This document shows positions 29,431-39,539 of a stretch of 64,000 bases of DNA, one piece after another. The notes under the pieces were generated by a model that was given only the letters and a program-made list of their open reading frames with translations, had not been told where the DNA came from and did not search any database. The translations under genes and the position numbers were made by a program. The stretch's first letter is position 1, and each line of letters opens with the position of its first letter. Source of the DNA: an uncultured Verrucomicrobiae bacterium (GTDB lineage Bacteria; Verrucomicrobiota; Verrucomicrobiia; Chthoniobacterales; JAFAMB01); assembly GCA_963837955.1 (NCBI GenBank), contig CAWIPH010000001.1:192001-256000 (forward strand), given 5' to 3'.

Positions 29431-31233
29431 ATGAAGACTACTCCTACTGCTGAATCTACCCATCTGCGTCAAGCCCCTCAACGGGGCGAAACAATGAACG
29501 GCGCCGAGATTCTCGTCGCTGCTCTGGAGCGGGAAGGAGTAGAAGTAATCTTCGCGTACCCCGGCGGCGCGAGCATGCCGATCCACCAAGCGTTGACTCG
29601 TTCCACCAAGATCCGCACCATCCTCCCGCGCCATGAACAGGGCGGCGTCTTTGCTGCTGGAGGGTACGGAAGAGCTACCGGGCGGGCCGGTGTCTGCATG
29701 GCCACCTCCGGACCAGGGGCGACAAATCTCGTCACCGGTATAGCTGACGCTTACATGGATTCGGCCCCGCTAGTCGCCATCACTGGACAAGTGCCCCAGG
29801 AAATGATCGGTCGAGGCGCGTTTCAGGAGACGGATGTGTTCGGGATGACATTGCCGGTGGTGAAGCACAGCTATTTAATCATGGATATCCACGAGATCCC
29901 GCGCGTGGTGAAAGAAGCGTTTCACATCGCGCAAACAGGGCGTCCGGGCCCGGTGGTTATCGATATTCCTAAAAATATTCAGAACCAGACTGCCCAACCG
30001 ATCTTTCCGCAGGAGCTAACCTTGCGCGGGTATAGGATACCCGACAAGGCGGATCCTGTTGCGCTCAATGAGGTCATCGGCCTTATAAAATCGGCGCAAC
30101 GCCCGATGATTTACGCTGGCGGCGGTATCATCTCGGCCCACGCCGCGAGCGATCTCCTGGAGTTTGCCGAGCGGAGCCAGATCCCCGTTGCCACAACGCT
30201 GATGGGAATTGGTGGTTTCCCGGAAAGACATCCGCTTTCGCTCAAATGGTTGGGCATGCACGGAACCGTGTACGCCAATTGCGCAGTGAACGAAGCGGAT
30301 TTGCTTCTCGCCTTCGGCGTGCGTTTTGATGATCGAGTCACCGGGAAGGTCGAAAAATTTGCCGAGCACGGCACAATCGTTCATATCGATATCGACTTCT
30401 CCGAGCTGAATAAGAACAAGGTGGTCAAACTGCCGATCCACGGGGACATCAAATACGCGCTGAAAGAATTGAATCGGCTATTGGCCGAAGCCGGCCACGA
30501 GCGAGAGTCGACGAACTTCACTCTCCACGGTTCTTGGTACAAAAAGATCGAGACTTGGAAGCAGCGTTATCCGCTCGATTTCCGGGATACCGAGGACGTG
30601 ATCCAACCACAGTACGTGATCAGGCTTTTGGATGAGATGACCAAGGGCGAGGCGATTATCACTACCGGGGTCGGACAACATCAGATGTGGGCGGGCCAAT
30701 ACTACAATTTTAATGATCCGCGACAGTTCATTACGTCGGCCGGCCTTGGTGCTATGGGGTTCGGTTTTCCGACTGCGATCGGAGCAAAAGTTGCCTTTCC
30801 CAATCGACAAGTGATCGACATCGACGGCGACGGCTCGTTCCTGATGAACATTCAGGAGCTAGCTTGTGCGCACATCGAGAATATACCGGCCAAGGTGATC
30901 ATTTTGAATAACCAACACCTCGGGATGGTTGTGCAATGGGAAGATCGCTTTTACAACAGCAACCGCGGCCATACGTTCTTGGGGGACCCAAAGGACCGGG
31001 AACGAATTTATCCGGATTACGTCCAGATTTGTGTCGGTTTCGGCGTGAAGTGCGAGCGAGTGCTCCACAAGAAAGATCTGCGAGCGGCCATTCAGCGGAT
31101 GCTCGATGCGGACGAATGTTATCTTTTGGATGTAATGGTGCCTTACACCGAGCACGTGCTACCGATGATTCCGGCGGGTAAAACCTATCGTGATATCATT
31201 ATCGATGACCGTCACGGCAAGTTCCAAGGCTGA
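29431..31233 (+). CDS. ilvB: Acetolactate synthase large subunit
   Basis: YPGGA, RHEQG, TSGPGATN, GVGQHQMW, GDGS..MN TPP motif, GMVVQW. Confidence 0.96.
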   Translation: MKTTPTAESTHLRQAPQRGETMNGAEILVAALEREGVEVIFAYPGGASMPIHQALTRSTKIRTILPRHEQGGVFAAGGYGRATGRAGVCMATSGPGATNLVTGIADAYMDSAPLVAITGQVPQEMIGRGAFQETDVFGMTLPVVKHSYLIMDIHEIPRVVKEAFHIAQTGRPGPVVIDIPKNIQNQTAQPIFPQELTLRGYRIPDKADPVALNEVIGLIKSAQRPMIYAGGGIISAHAASDLLEFAERSQIPVATTLMGIGGFPERHPLSLKWLGMHGTVYANCAVNEADLLLAFGVRFDDRVTGKVEKFAEHGTIVHIDIDFSELNKNKVVKLPIHGDIKYALKELNRLLAEAGHERESTNFTLHGSWYKKIETWKQRYPLDFRDTEDVIQPQYVIRLLDEMTKGEAIITTGVGQHQMWAGQYYNFNDPRQFITSAGLGAMGFGFPTAIGAKVAFPNRQVIDIDGDGSFLMNIQELACAHIENIPAKVIILNNQHLGMVVQWEDRFYNSNRGHTFLGDPKDRERIYPDYVQICVGFGVKCERVLHKKDLRAAIQRMLDADECYLLDVMVPYTEHVLPMIPAGKTYRDIIIDDRHGKFQG

Positions 31234-31393
31234 GGTAACGGCTACAAGTTAAAGGTTACGGATTACAAGTTGCAGGTTACAGGTTGCAAGTTGAGCGCTT
31301 GAGGCTGCCTGCACTTCTCGAAACGATCCGCTTGCCGGTTTTGCGTCGATGTCCGAAAGAACCACTTGTAACCTGCAACTTGTAACTTGTACC
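31234..31393. repeat. Inverted pair of heptamer tandem arrays (GTTRCAR ... YTGYAAC)
   Basis: About 9 degenerate units at 31234-31296; 4 reverse-complement units at 31366-31393. Confidence 0.85.
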
Positions 31394-31396
31394 CTG

Positions 31397-32848
31397 ATGG
31401 AAGAAAACGAGCTCCTCGCTATTCGCCGCCAAAAACTGCAGCAGTTAATCGACAAAAAGGTCGATCCGTTTGGTGGCTCGTTCGAGGTCTCCGGTTCGAT
31501 CTCCGAAATTCGCGACGCTTTTGGCGAAGGCAAACAAATCCGGGCCGCGGGGCGAATTACGGCACATCGCAACATGGGCAAGAGCCAGTTTCTTGACCTG
31601 AGCGATATCAGCGGCCGAATCCAGATTTTTGTTAATCTCAAGGAATGCTCTCCGGAAGACGCTGAAATTTTTCAACTGCTCGACCTCGGCGATTTTTTGG
31701 GAGTCGAGGGAGAATGCTTTGTTACTAAGACTGGCGAACCCACGATTCGGGTCGCTCGGTTTCAACTGCTGACTAAGGCTCTTCGTCCGCTACCTGATAA
31801 ATGGCACGGCGTGACCGATGTCGAAATTCGGTATCGGCAGCGTTATCTGGACCTAATTGCCAATCCGGAATCGCGAAAGATCTTTCTCCAACGCAGCCGC
31901 GTTGTTCGCGAAATTCGCGAGTTTCTTTATCAGCGCGGCTTTCTCGAAGTCGAGACTCCGATGATGCAATCGATTGCAGGCGGGGCAGCTGCTCAACCGT
32001 TCCAGACTTACCATAACGCGCTGAGCATTGAGCTTTTTTTGCGAATCGCGCCCGAACTCTATTTGAAACGGCTCCTCGTTGGGGGTTTTCCGAAAGTATT
32101 CGAGATGAATCGAAACTTTCGCAACGAGGGGATCTCGCGGCGCCACAATCCCGAATTCACGATGTTGGAGATTTATTGGGCTTACGCCGATTTTCAAAAG
32201 ATAGCTGAACTAGTGGAAGAGCTGATCTGCCAGGTTGCAGAAACGGTAGTCGGCACATTGAACATTGAGCATCGGGATAGTGACGGAGCGGTCAGACGCA
32301 GCATTAATCTGCAACGACCTTGGCGGCGGGCTCGTTACGCCGATCTGATCCGGGCAATCGATGCCGGTTGGTTCGAACGCTCACGCGCAGCAAAGATCGC
32401 TTTATGCCAGGAGCTTGGCGTCGAGATCCAACCCTCCATGCAAGAGTTTGAAATCACTCAGCAGGTGTTCGAAAAATTAATCGAAGAGAAAACGATCGAC
32501 CCGCTTTTTGTAACTCATCTTCCGACCGAACTGGTGCCGCTGGCGAAACAGAATTCCGCAAACTCCGCCGAAGTCGACGTTTACGAATTAATCATTAACG
32601 GTCAGGAGATCGCCCCGGGTTACTCCGAGCTCAACAATCCGATGGTTCAACGCGAACGATTGGTCGAACAAGCCGGCGAAGAGACTCAGAAGCTGGATGA
32701 AGACTTTCTGTTGGCGCTGGAGTATGGAATGCCGCCGGCCGGAGGGGTTGGAGTCGGCATAGACAGGCTAATGATGTTGTTGACCGGCGCGGAGTCTATC
32801 CGAGACGTCATTCTTTTTCCGCATTTGAAACCGAAGAGCCAGGAATGA
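31397..32848 (+). CDS. lysS: Lysine--tRNA ligase (class II)
   Basis: YRQRYLDLI, GGAAAQPF, LRIAPELYLKRL, FRNEG...HNPEFT, GMPPAGG.G.GIDRL. Confidence 0.98.
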   Translation: MEENELLAIRRQKLQQLIDKKVDPFGGSFEVSGSISEIRDAFGEGKQIRAAGRITAHRNMGKSQFLDLSDISGRIQIFVNLKECSPEDAEIFQLLDLGDFLGVEGECFVTKTGEPTIRVARFQLLTKALRPLPDKWHGVTDVEIRYRQRYLDLIANPESRKIFLQRSRVVREIREFLYQRGFLEVETPMMQSIAGGAAAQPFQTYHNALSIELFLRIAPELYLKRLLVGGFPKVFEMNRNFRNEGISRRHNPEFTMLEIYWAYADFQKIAELVEELICQVAETVVGTLNIEHRDSDGAVRRSINLQRPWRRARYADLIRAIDAGWFERSRAAKIALCQELGVEIQPSMQEFEITQQVFEKLIEEKTIDPLFVTHLPTELVPLAKQNSANSAEVDVYELIINGQEIAPGYSELNNPMVQRERLVEQAGEETQKLDEDFLLALEYGMPPAGGVGVGIDRLMMLLTGAESIRDVILFPHLKPKSQE

Positions 32849-34194
32849 GCGCCCCCGCAGTTACGGGCGAGGAATTCGCACGGGAGGCAAGGAACGCAAA
32901 TCAGTTCAGCCTCTACAACCAACTCAATTTCCAGATCACACTTGGGGCTCCCATGATCCTGTATGCCAAGTCGCTGGGGGCCAGTTCTACGACGATCGGG
33001 ATCGTGGCCGCGCTTGCCCCCTTATTAACCGTTCTGCAATTGCCAACGGCCTATTTTATTCCAAAAATCGGCTACAAGCGCTTCGTGCTTTTGGGATGGC
33101 TATCGCGCACGATCATTGTATTCAGCCTGGCTTTGCTTCCCTTGGTCACCGCGCTCGATCCGGGCACAAAAACCAGCCTGATGTTGATGTGCCTTTTTCT
33201 CTTCAACGTATTGCGAGGCGTTTCGACCGGCGCTTGGCTTCCCTGGTTGACTTCGTTGATCCCGGAGAGCGCTCGAGGCGCCTTCCTGCGCCGGGACCAG
33301 ACCTTCATGCAGATCGGCGGCGTGGTTGCCATGGCGCTCTCAACGTTTGTGCTGTGGAGCAACGCACGCGCCGTGCATTTTTCGTTTTTATTCCTGCTGA
33401 GCGCTTGTGCTGCAACGGTGAGCCTGGTCTTCATCCGGCGCGTACCGGATGTGCCGATCGACGATCAGATCCGCTCTTCCGGTCAGCCGGTGCCCTGGCT
33501 CCAAATCCTCCAGCACCCTCCGTTTAGCAGGCTGCTGCTCTTTAATGTCGTCTACAACTGGGTCGTCGGAGGGCTGGCTGCCTTTGCTATCGGCTTTCTC
33601 CAGAGTCGGGCAGGCTTCAGCGACGGAGCGATTCTCGCTTGCAGCCTCCTCTCTTTTGTGGGGGCATCGGTGAGTGTGTCCAGCTTCGGTGAACTGCTGA
33701 ACCAAACCGGAAGCAAACCGATCTTGCGGATCGCGATTGTCTGTTACCTTTGGGCGGTAATCTGCTGGGTTCTGGTATCCAGCAATCTCCTAACCACCTC
33801 AAAATCAATCGTAGCCATCATCTATTTCATCCTCGGCATAGCCGGCGGACTTTTCTCAATTGCGAATACTCGAATTGCCATGGACACAATGCCGGTCATG
33901 GGCCGCAACCATTTCTTTTCTTTGTTCACGGTCTTTTCCTCCCTCAGTCTTGGACTGGCGCCGATCGGTTGGGGCATATTTCTTGACCTGCTGGCAAACT
34001 TTAAAACGAGAATCGGCGTTTTTGAGGTCAATCGTTACAGCCTTTATTTCTCGCTCTTAGTCATTCTGGTTATTGTCACCTTTGTTTTGGCGAATCCTTT
34101 GGTCGAAAAGAAAGGCCAGCCATTTTCACTTGCTCTTCGCGATGCCGTGATCTACTCGCGTCTGCGACTGTTTACTCGGTTTCTTAACCGGTGA
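32845..34194 (+). CDS. MFS transporter
   Basis: About 12 hydrophobic segments; ATGA overlap with lysS. Confidence 0.85.
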   Translation: MSAPAVTGEEFAREARNANQFSLYNQLNFQITLGAPMILYAKSLGASSTTIGIVAALAPLLTVLQLPTAYFIPKIGYKRFVLLGWLSRTIIVFSLALLPLVTALDPGTKTSLMLMCLFLFNVLRGVSTGAWLPWLTSLIPESARGAFLRRDQTFMQIGGVVAMALSTFVLWSNARAVHFSFLFLLSACAATVSLVFIRRVPDVPIDDQIRSSGQPVPWLQILQHPPFSRLLLFNVVYNWVVGGLAAFAIGFLQSRAGFSDGAILACSLLSFVGASVSVSSFGELLNQTGSKPILRIAIVCYLWAVICWVLVSSNLLTTSKSIVAIIYFILGIAGGLFSIANTRIAMDTMPVMGRNHFFSLFTVFSSLSLGLAPIGWGIFLDLLANFKTRIGVFEVNRYSLYFSLLVILVIVTFVLANPLVEKKGQPFSLALRDAVIYSRLRLFTRFLNR

Positions 34195-34241
34195 GCAGGA
34201 TCCTGTCGCGCGAATGAATACGACGAACATTTTCATCCATC

Positions 34242-35576
34242 GTGCCTAAGAGAATCCGGCTTCCTTTCAGCTACTTTATCGCGCTTCGCTATCTTAGACC
34301 GAAACGCACGTTCCTTTCGCTGATCACTTTGATCTCGATTACCGGAGTTGTGCTTGGGATCGCAGTTCTGATTGTTGTTATTTCCGTTTTCACCGGATTC
34401 GAAAGAGAGATCGAAGCGAAAATCATCGGTTTCGACGCGACGATGGTAGTAAATGCAAACGGATCGGGACCGGACAGCGGCTTTATTACAAATTGGCGCG
34501 AGCTGCTCAAAACCGTCGAAAAAGTTCCAGGAGTGGTGGCAGCAGCTCCCATGATGCAGGGACGTGTTATCGTCGAGTCACACGCCCAAAACGGGCTGAA
34601 TTATCGAATGACACCGTGGATTCGTGGGATCGAACCCAGTCTCGCCAACAAGGTCGCTAATTTCGAATCGATGATCGTCGACGGTAAGATGGATCTAGAT
34701 GGTGACACTTGCGTCGTCGGATCCGATGTCGCCGCTAACCTGCAAGTCTCCGTAGGTGACACGATCACAATCTATTCACCAGGAAACAATCTGAAGAACA
34801 TTCTCGATTTACTGCGCGAGGTACAAAGCGACCCGAGTAAGAAGGAAAACGTGCAGAAAGCGATCGATTTACTGCTTCCGACCGAGCTGACCGTGACCGG
34901 GATCTTCAGCTCCGGCCGCTACCTGTACGATTCCGATTATGTGCTGGTTCCGCTCCATATCGGGCAGGAGCTTTATCAGCTTGGAGACTCGGTGCATTTT
35001 ATTGGGATCAAAACGACCGATCCCTTCGCGGTTGCCCAGGTGAAAGAGCATCTCAGCAGTCTGCTTAAGCCGCCTTTGCAGGCGACGACTTGGATCGACC
35101 AAAACAAAGATTATCTGGACGCCATCCGCGTGGAGCGGACGACAATGTTTTTTGTTCTCCTTTTCATCGTAGTCGTGGCGGCTTTCGGCATCATGAGCAC
35201 TCTGATAACGACGACCGTGCAGAAGACCCGAGACATCGGTGTGATGAAGGCTCTGGGAGCCAAGGTAAGTCAGATCCTCTGGATTTTTCTGGCTCAGGGA
35301 ATGATTACCGGTTTCTTCGGCACTTTGATTGGGCTCGGTACCGGTGTACTGGCGGTTCAGTACCGCAACCAATTGAGAGATCTCCTTTCCGCGACTTTTC
35401 ATATCCCTCTTTTTCCGGCGCAGGTGTACCAATTTTCGCAAATCCCCGCCGAGATCGTGCCAAGCGATGTCGCATTCATCTGCTGCAGCGGGTTCATCAT
35501 ATGCACCGTCGCGGCATTAGTCCCTGCCTACTTTGCGGCGCGGCTCGACCCGGTGAAAGCACTGCGGTTTGAGTGA
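34242..35576 (+). CDS. Lipoprotein-releasing ABC transporter permease (LolC/E family)
   Basis: IALRYLRPKR, KTRDIGVMKALGA, PA..AARLDPVKALRFE. Confidence 0.9.
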   Translation: MPKRIRLPFSYFIALRYLRPKRTFLSLITLISITGVVLGIAVLIVVISVFTGFEREIEAKIIGFDATMVVNANGSGPDSGFITNWRELLKTVEKVPGVVAAAPMMQGRVIVESHAQNGLNYRMTPWIRGIEPSLANKVANFESMIVDGKMDLDGDTCVVGSDVAANLQVSVGDTITIYSPGNNLKNILDLLREVQSDPSKKENVQKAIDLLLPTELTVTGIFSSGRYLYDSDYVLVPLHIGQELYQLGDSVHFIGIKTTDPFAVAQVKEHLSSLLKPPLQATTWIDQNKDYLDAIRVERTTMFFVLLFIVVVAAFGIMSTLITTTVQKTRDIGVMKALGAKVSQILWIFLAQGMITGFFGTLIGLGTGVLAVQYRNQLRDLLSATFHIPLFPAQVYQFSQIPAEIVPSDVAFICCSGFIICTVAALVPAYFAARLDPVKALRFE

Positions 35577-35657
35577 GAAGCGGTCCTTCGATTGAAACGG
35601 CCCTTCGGTCGAAGTGTACGTCCCGGGCGGCGCCTGCGCGTCAAAATAAGGTTCTTT

Positions 35658-35815
35658 GCCCGCAGGGGCTGGGAGGGCGCACAGCTTGTCCGACATAGCC
35701 TTTTGGATGGTTGTTGCAGAATGCTTGGGAGCGACGTCGGATCCTCGTGCGCCGCGGATCGCGAGGACGCGATCCCTCCCCAGCCCGGGGTTTTAACCGG
35801 GTTTTAACCCCGGGG
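35658..35815. repeat. Composite REP-like palindromic region
   Basis: GGGGCTGGGAGGG ... CCCTCCCCAGCCC inverted arms; CCCGGGGTTTTAACC-GGGTTTTAACC-CCGGGG hairpin with an internal 11-bp duplication. Confidence 0.55.
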
Positions 35816-35876
35816 TCTATTTGCCATGGCGTGCGCTTCTAGGCGTGACGGTTTTCATTTAGTGTGAGAGAGTTAA

Positions 35877-36263
35877 GTGGACCTTCGCCAGATGATTAGC
35901 GACTGGGAGAGCTTCGTGCAGAGCCATTCCGACGAAATTTCGGAGGAACTTGACCTACATTCTGTGCGTCCTGGCGATACGCTCCGCATTGTGACAGATC
36001 ATACTGACTATGTTTTTGATATCCTGGAGGGGCCAGAGGCGGAGTTGCATTGTTCCCGTCCAGATCGCCCGACAGGTCGCGTCCGCATCTCAGGGTGCGG
36101 CTTCGCGTTTTCCACTACCTTTAAGCCCGGTCGCTTGTTCTGCGGGGGCCGATTGGAATTTACTTTTTTTCGTGATGCCGAACCGGCTCGCTTTCGAACT
36201 ACATCAATCAATGCGATCTTTCATAGCCATCAAAATGAGCAAATTGCTCGCATGATGGTCTAA
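35877..36263 (+). CDS. Hypothetical protein
   Basis: 128-aa ORF filling the intergenic space, co-oriented with its neighbours. Confidence 0.65.
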   Translation: MDLRQMISDWESFVQSHSDEISEELDLHSVRPGDTLRIVTDHTDYVFDILEGPEAELHCSRPDRPTGRVRISGCGFAFSTTFKPGRLFCGGRLEFTFFRDAEPARFRTTSINAIFHSHQNEQIARMMV

Positions 36264-36301
36264 GCAAAACATGCTTTCGCGGGTAAAATGCGAGAGGGGC
36301 T

Positions 36302-37141
36302 ATGACAAGACGGGAATTTTTGAAGATAGCTCGCAATGCTGCCGTTGGATCGGCTCTTGCGGGGGGATTAACAACTGCTGGCTACGCGACAATTTTCGAG
36401 CCGAATCGGCTTAAGATCACTCAGATCCGCATAAAGATTAGCGAGCTGCCCTCGCGCTTAGAAGGCTTGCGCATCGTTTTGATGACCGACTTTCATCTCT
36501 TTCCGTTTACGTCTGTCGAGCTCATCCGACAATCGATTCTTCAGGCCAGCGCGCTAAATCCGGATCTCGTCCTGTTCGCCGGCGACTTTGTGTACTCCAA
36601 CGCGGAATCCGCTTCGGAGCTTTCCCCGATCCTGGCCCAATTGAATCCGAAACTCGGTTCGTTTGCCGTCCTCGGGAATCACGATCATTCGAAAGGGGCA
36701 ACGATCGTTCGGAACGCCCTCAAGCGATCCGGAATCGAGGTACTAAACAATCGAGGTGTGGCGCTGTCCGTCGGGTCGAGCAGTTTCTATTTGGCGGGGG
36801 TCGATTCGATGCTAGGGGGCGCCCCCGATGCAGCTGCGGCATTTGCTTCCTACCGGGGCGAGGCGACTACTATTCTTTTGGCGCATGAGCCGGACACCGT
36901 CGATTACTATTCAGGCCTGGTCCCCATCGATCTGCAGCTCTCGGGCCATTCCCACGGCGGCCAAATCCGGCTACCGGGTATCGGTCCGGTCATCTTGCCC
37001 AGGTGGGCTACCCGGTATCCGCGAGGGCTATACCGAGTCAAAGATGCTCAACTGTTTACCAGCCAAGGAATCGGCATGGTAGATCTTCCCGTTCGGATAA
37101 ATTGCCCTCCCGAAATTGCGGAAATCACGCTGACGTGCTGA
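36302..37141 (+). CDS. Tat-exported metallophosphoesterase (YkuE-like)
   Basis: TRREFLK signal; DFH, GD, GNHD, HEPD, SGHSHGGQ motifs. Confidence 0.92.
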   Translation: MTRREFLKIARNAAVGSALAGGLTTAGYATIFEPNRLKITQIRIKISELPSRLEGLRIVLMTDFHLFPFTSVELIRQSILQASALNPDLVLFAGDFVYSNAESASELSPILAQLNPKLGSFAVLGNHDHSKGATIVRNALKRSGIEVLNNRGVALSVGSSSFYLAGVDSMLGGAPDAAAAFASYRGEATTILLAHEPDTVDYYSGLVPIDLQLSGHSHGGQIRLPGIGPVILPRWATRYPRGLYRVKDAQLFTSQGIGMVDLPVRINCPPEIAEITLTC

Positions 37142-37263
37142 GGCTGGTGGCGATGCTCCGTAAGATTGGCACGGCGAAAGCAGAGAACGGCTCAAGCCGG
37201 TGCGGCTGATACCGCGCCAAGCTTTCGCCCTACCAATCTTGGGCGTGTTTCGGCCTGGCTATC

Positions 37264-37291
37264 TCCCATTTGTCATCTGTCATTTGTCATC
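37264..37291 (-). repeat. Solo heptamer array (RATGACA) just downstream of the priA stop
   Basis: tcccatt tgtcatc tgtcatt tgtcatc. Confidence 0.7.
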
Positions 37292-37301
37292 TGCATTCGC
37301 C

Positions 37302-39518
37302 TCAAAGCAGATGATACGGATCGACATCTACCGTAACCTGCACATCGTCGGGCATGGTCAATCGTTGCAAGACTTGCCTGATAAACGCTGACAGACGTTT
37401 CGCATTGCGCGTCCGCAAGAGAATTTGAAAACGATAATAGCTCTTCGTCCGCTCAATGGGTGCCGGAACGGCTGGATGCAATTTAGTCGTATTGTCCAAT
37501 TGTTCTTCCAGTCGACGATGAACAGTCTGCGCAGTGAACTCGGCCAGGCGCTGATGTTTGGAACGGACTTGCACCAAAATCAGGTGAAGGTAAGGCGGGT
37601 ATTCGCAACGTTCTCGAAACTCGCTCTCCTGCTCCCAAAAACCGTCAAAGTCATGATGCCGCGCAAATTGGATTGAAGGACTAAATGGAGTCGAGGTCTG
37701 CACGAAAACCTCCCCTTTGACCTCGCCTCTCCCCGCCCGCCCAGCGACTTGGGTCAGCAACTGAAAAGTACGCTCACCCGCACGAAAATCCGGTAAGTGT
37801 AAGCCGATGTCGGCATTGATAATACCGACCAACGTAACGTTGGGGAAATCGAGGCCTTTTGCGATCATCTGCGTGCCGATCAGAATATCGATTTGGCCAC
37901 TCCGAAAGGCACGCAGGGTTTGACGATAGGCATCTTTGCGTCCCATGGTGTCCGAATCCATGCGCCCTAGGCGAGCTTGCGGAAAGAGCTTCTTTACGAT
38001 GCCTTCGACTTTCTCCGTACCGAAACCGGCGTAACGGATACCTGGATCTGAACACTCGGGACACTTCTTCGGCGCAAGACCGACGTGACCGCATAAATGG
38101 CACTTTAAGCGCTGTTCGGCTAAATGAAGGGTGAGCGGAATACTGCAATTCGGGCATTCGCAGACGTAACCGCACTTGGCACAAACCAGTGACGAGGCGA
38201 AGCCGCGACGGTTGAGGAACAGAATGGTCTGCTCTCCGCGCTGGAGCCGCTCTTCGACGGCCAAACCTAATGTACGGGAGATAATTGGATGATGCTTAAC
38301 TTTGGCAAATTCCTGGCGGAGGTCGACAATCCGGATCAGCGGCATCCGGCGATCGTCAACTCGCCCGGTCAGCCGAAGCAGCTGGTATTTGCCGATCCGG
38401 ACATTGTGAAAACTTTCCAGTGAAGGCGTGGCTGAACCTAGCACCACCGCACATTTTTCCATTTGGGCACGCACGACCGCGAGGTCACGCGCGTGGTAAC
38501 GAGGAGTCTCCTCTTGTTTGTATGACATCTCATGCTCTTCATCCACCACGATCAGCCCAAGTTGTTGAACAGGTGCAAATACCGCGCTTCTGGCTCCGAT
38601 TGCCACCCGAGCCGCTCCGCGATGTAGACGATGCCATTCGTCGTGTCGCTCACCGGCAGAGAGATGGCTGTGTAGCACCGCAACCAATTCTCTCGGAAAA
38701 CGCGCCTTAAACCTTTCCACGGTTTGAGGCGTAAGAGTTATCTCAGGCACCAAAACGAGCGCCCCACGTCCGAGATCGAGGCATTTTCGGATCGCCTGTA
38801 AGTAGATTTCGGTTTTTCCGCTCCCGGTCACTCCATGCAATAGAATCGGCTTTCGTTTTTCATCCTCCAACGCGGTAAGGACGACGCTCAAAGCGGCTGA
38901 TTGCCCGACGTTGAGATCTATGGGTTGGGTCGGAACATATTGATCGGCTGCGAAAGGATCACGTTCCTGGGCCTCAAAACGAACCTCTAACCAGCCTCGT
39001 TTCACCAATTGCTGAATCGTTCGGTCGGTTGTTTTCCCCTGTTCTAATAGATCGCTCCAGCGGATTGGCTCCGTTTGATTCAAGAGAAGCTGAAAGATTT
39101 CGGCTTGCCGCGGAGCTTTGGTAGTAAGCCGCTCCAGCTCGTCCGGTTCGGGCCGTCGCGCTACGAGCACCATTCGCGTCTTCTTAAAACCAAGGGCAGC
39201 GTGGCGAATGACCTGGGGCAAGGTCGCGCGAATGGCGGCTTCGAACGAGCAGCAGTAGTACTCCGACATCCATCGCGCCAGCCGAAGCAATTCCGGATTC
39301 AATATCGGTTTTTCCGAAATGAGCTGAGCGACGGCGCGCAGATTCGGTGCTTCCGTTTCGTCGAGTATTGCCGTCACGGTTGCCAGCACTTCGCGGTTTC
39401 GAAGCGGCACCTTTACTCTTGAACCCACATGGACCTTGCTTTTCCAAGCAGGGGGTATGAAATAGTCTAATTCCTTGTCGGTAGGGTCATCAGTAACGAC
39501 TCGCGCATACCGCTGTAT
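37302..39518 (-). CDS. priA: Primosomal protein N' (replication restart helicase); start appears non-canonical
   Basis: GVTGSGKT, DEEH, CxxC zinc pairs, GTQMIAKGLDFP, QVAGRAGR. The frame continues upstream of GTG 39428 through QRYARVV..ELDYFIP. Confidence 0.95.
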   Translation of the reverse strand: MQRYARVVTDDPTDKELDYFIPPAWKSKVHVGSRVKVPLRNREVLATVTAILDETEAPNLRAVAQLISEKPILNPELLRLARWMSEYYCCSFEAAIRATLPQVIRHAALGFKKTRMVLVARRPEPDELERLTTKAPRQAEIFQLLLNQTEPIRWSDLLEQGKTTDRTIQQLVKRGWLEVRFEAQERDPFAADQYVPTQPIDLNVGQSAALSVVLTALEDEKRKPILLHGVTGSGKTEIYLQAIRKCLDLGRGALVLVPEITLTPQTVERFKARFPRELVAVLHSHLSAGERHDEWHRLHRGAARVAIGARSAVFAPVQQLGLIVVDEEHEMSYKQEETPRYHARDLAVVRAQMEKCAVVLGSATPSLESFHNVRIGKYQLLRLTGRVDDRRMPLIRIVDLRQEFAKVKHHPIISRTLGLAVEERLQRGEQTILFLNRRGFASSLVCAKCGYVCECPNCSIPLTLHLAEQRLKCHLCGHVGLAPKKCPECSDPGIRYAGFGTEKVEGIVKKLFPQARLGRMDSDTMGRKDAYRQTLRAFRSGQIDILIGTQMIAKGLDFPNVTLVGIINADIGLHLPDFRAGERTFQLLTQVAGRAGRGEVKGEVFVQTSTPFSPSIQFARHHDFDGFWEQESEFRERCEYPPYLHLILVQVRSKHQRLAEFTAQTVHRRLEEQLDNTTKLHPAVPAPIERTKSYYRFQILLRTRNAKRLSAFIRQVLQRLTMPDDVQVTVDVDPYHLL

Positions 39519-39539
39519 GATATTCTTAGTCGTAGTGTA

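Noticed and set aside
31349..31396. lysS N-terminal extension (TCNLQLVTC)
   Set aside because: It is the translation of the heptamer array; MEENELL is the more plausible start.
37166..37182. TTGGCACGGCGAAAGCA, a GG-N10-GC sigma54-like motif
   Set aside because: It lacks TT at -12 and points into the 3' end of priA with no downstream sense gene; probably chance.
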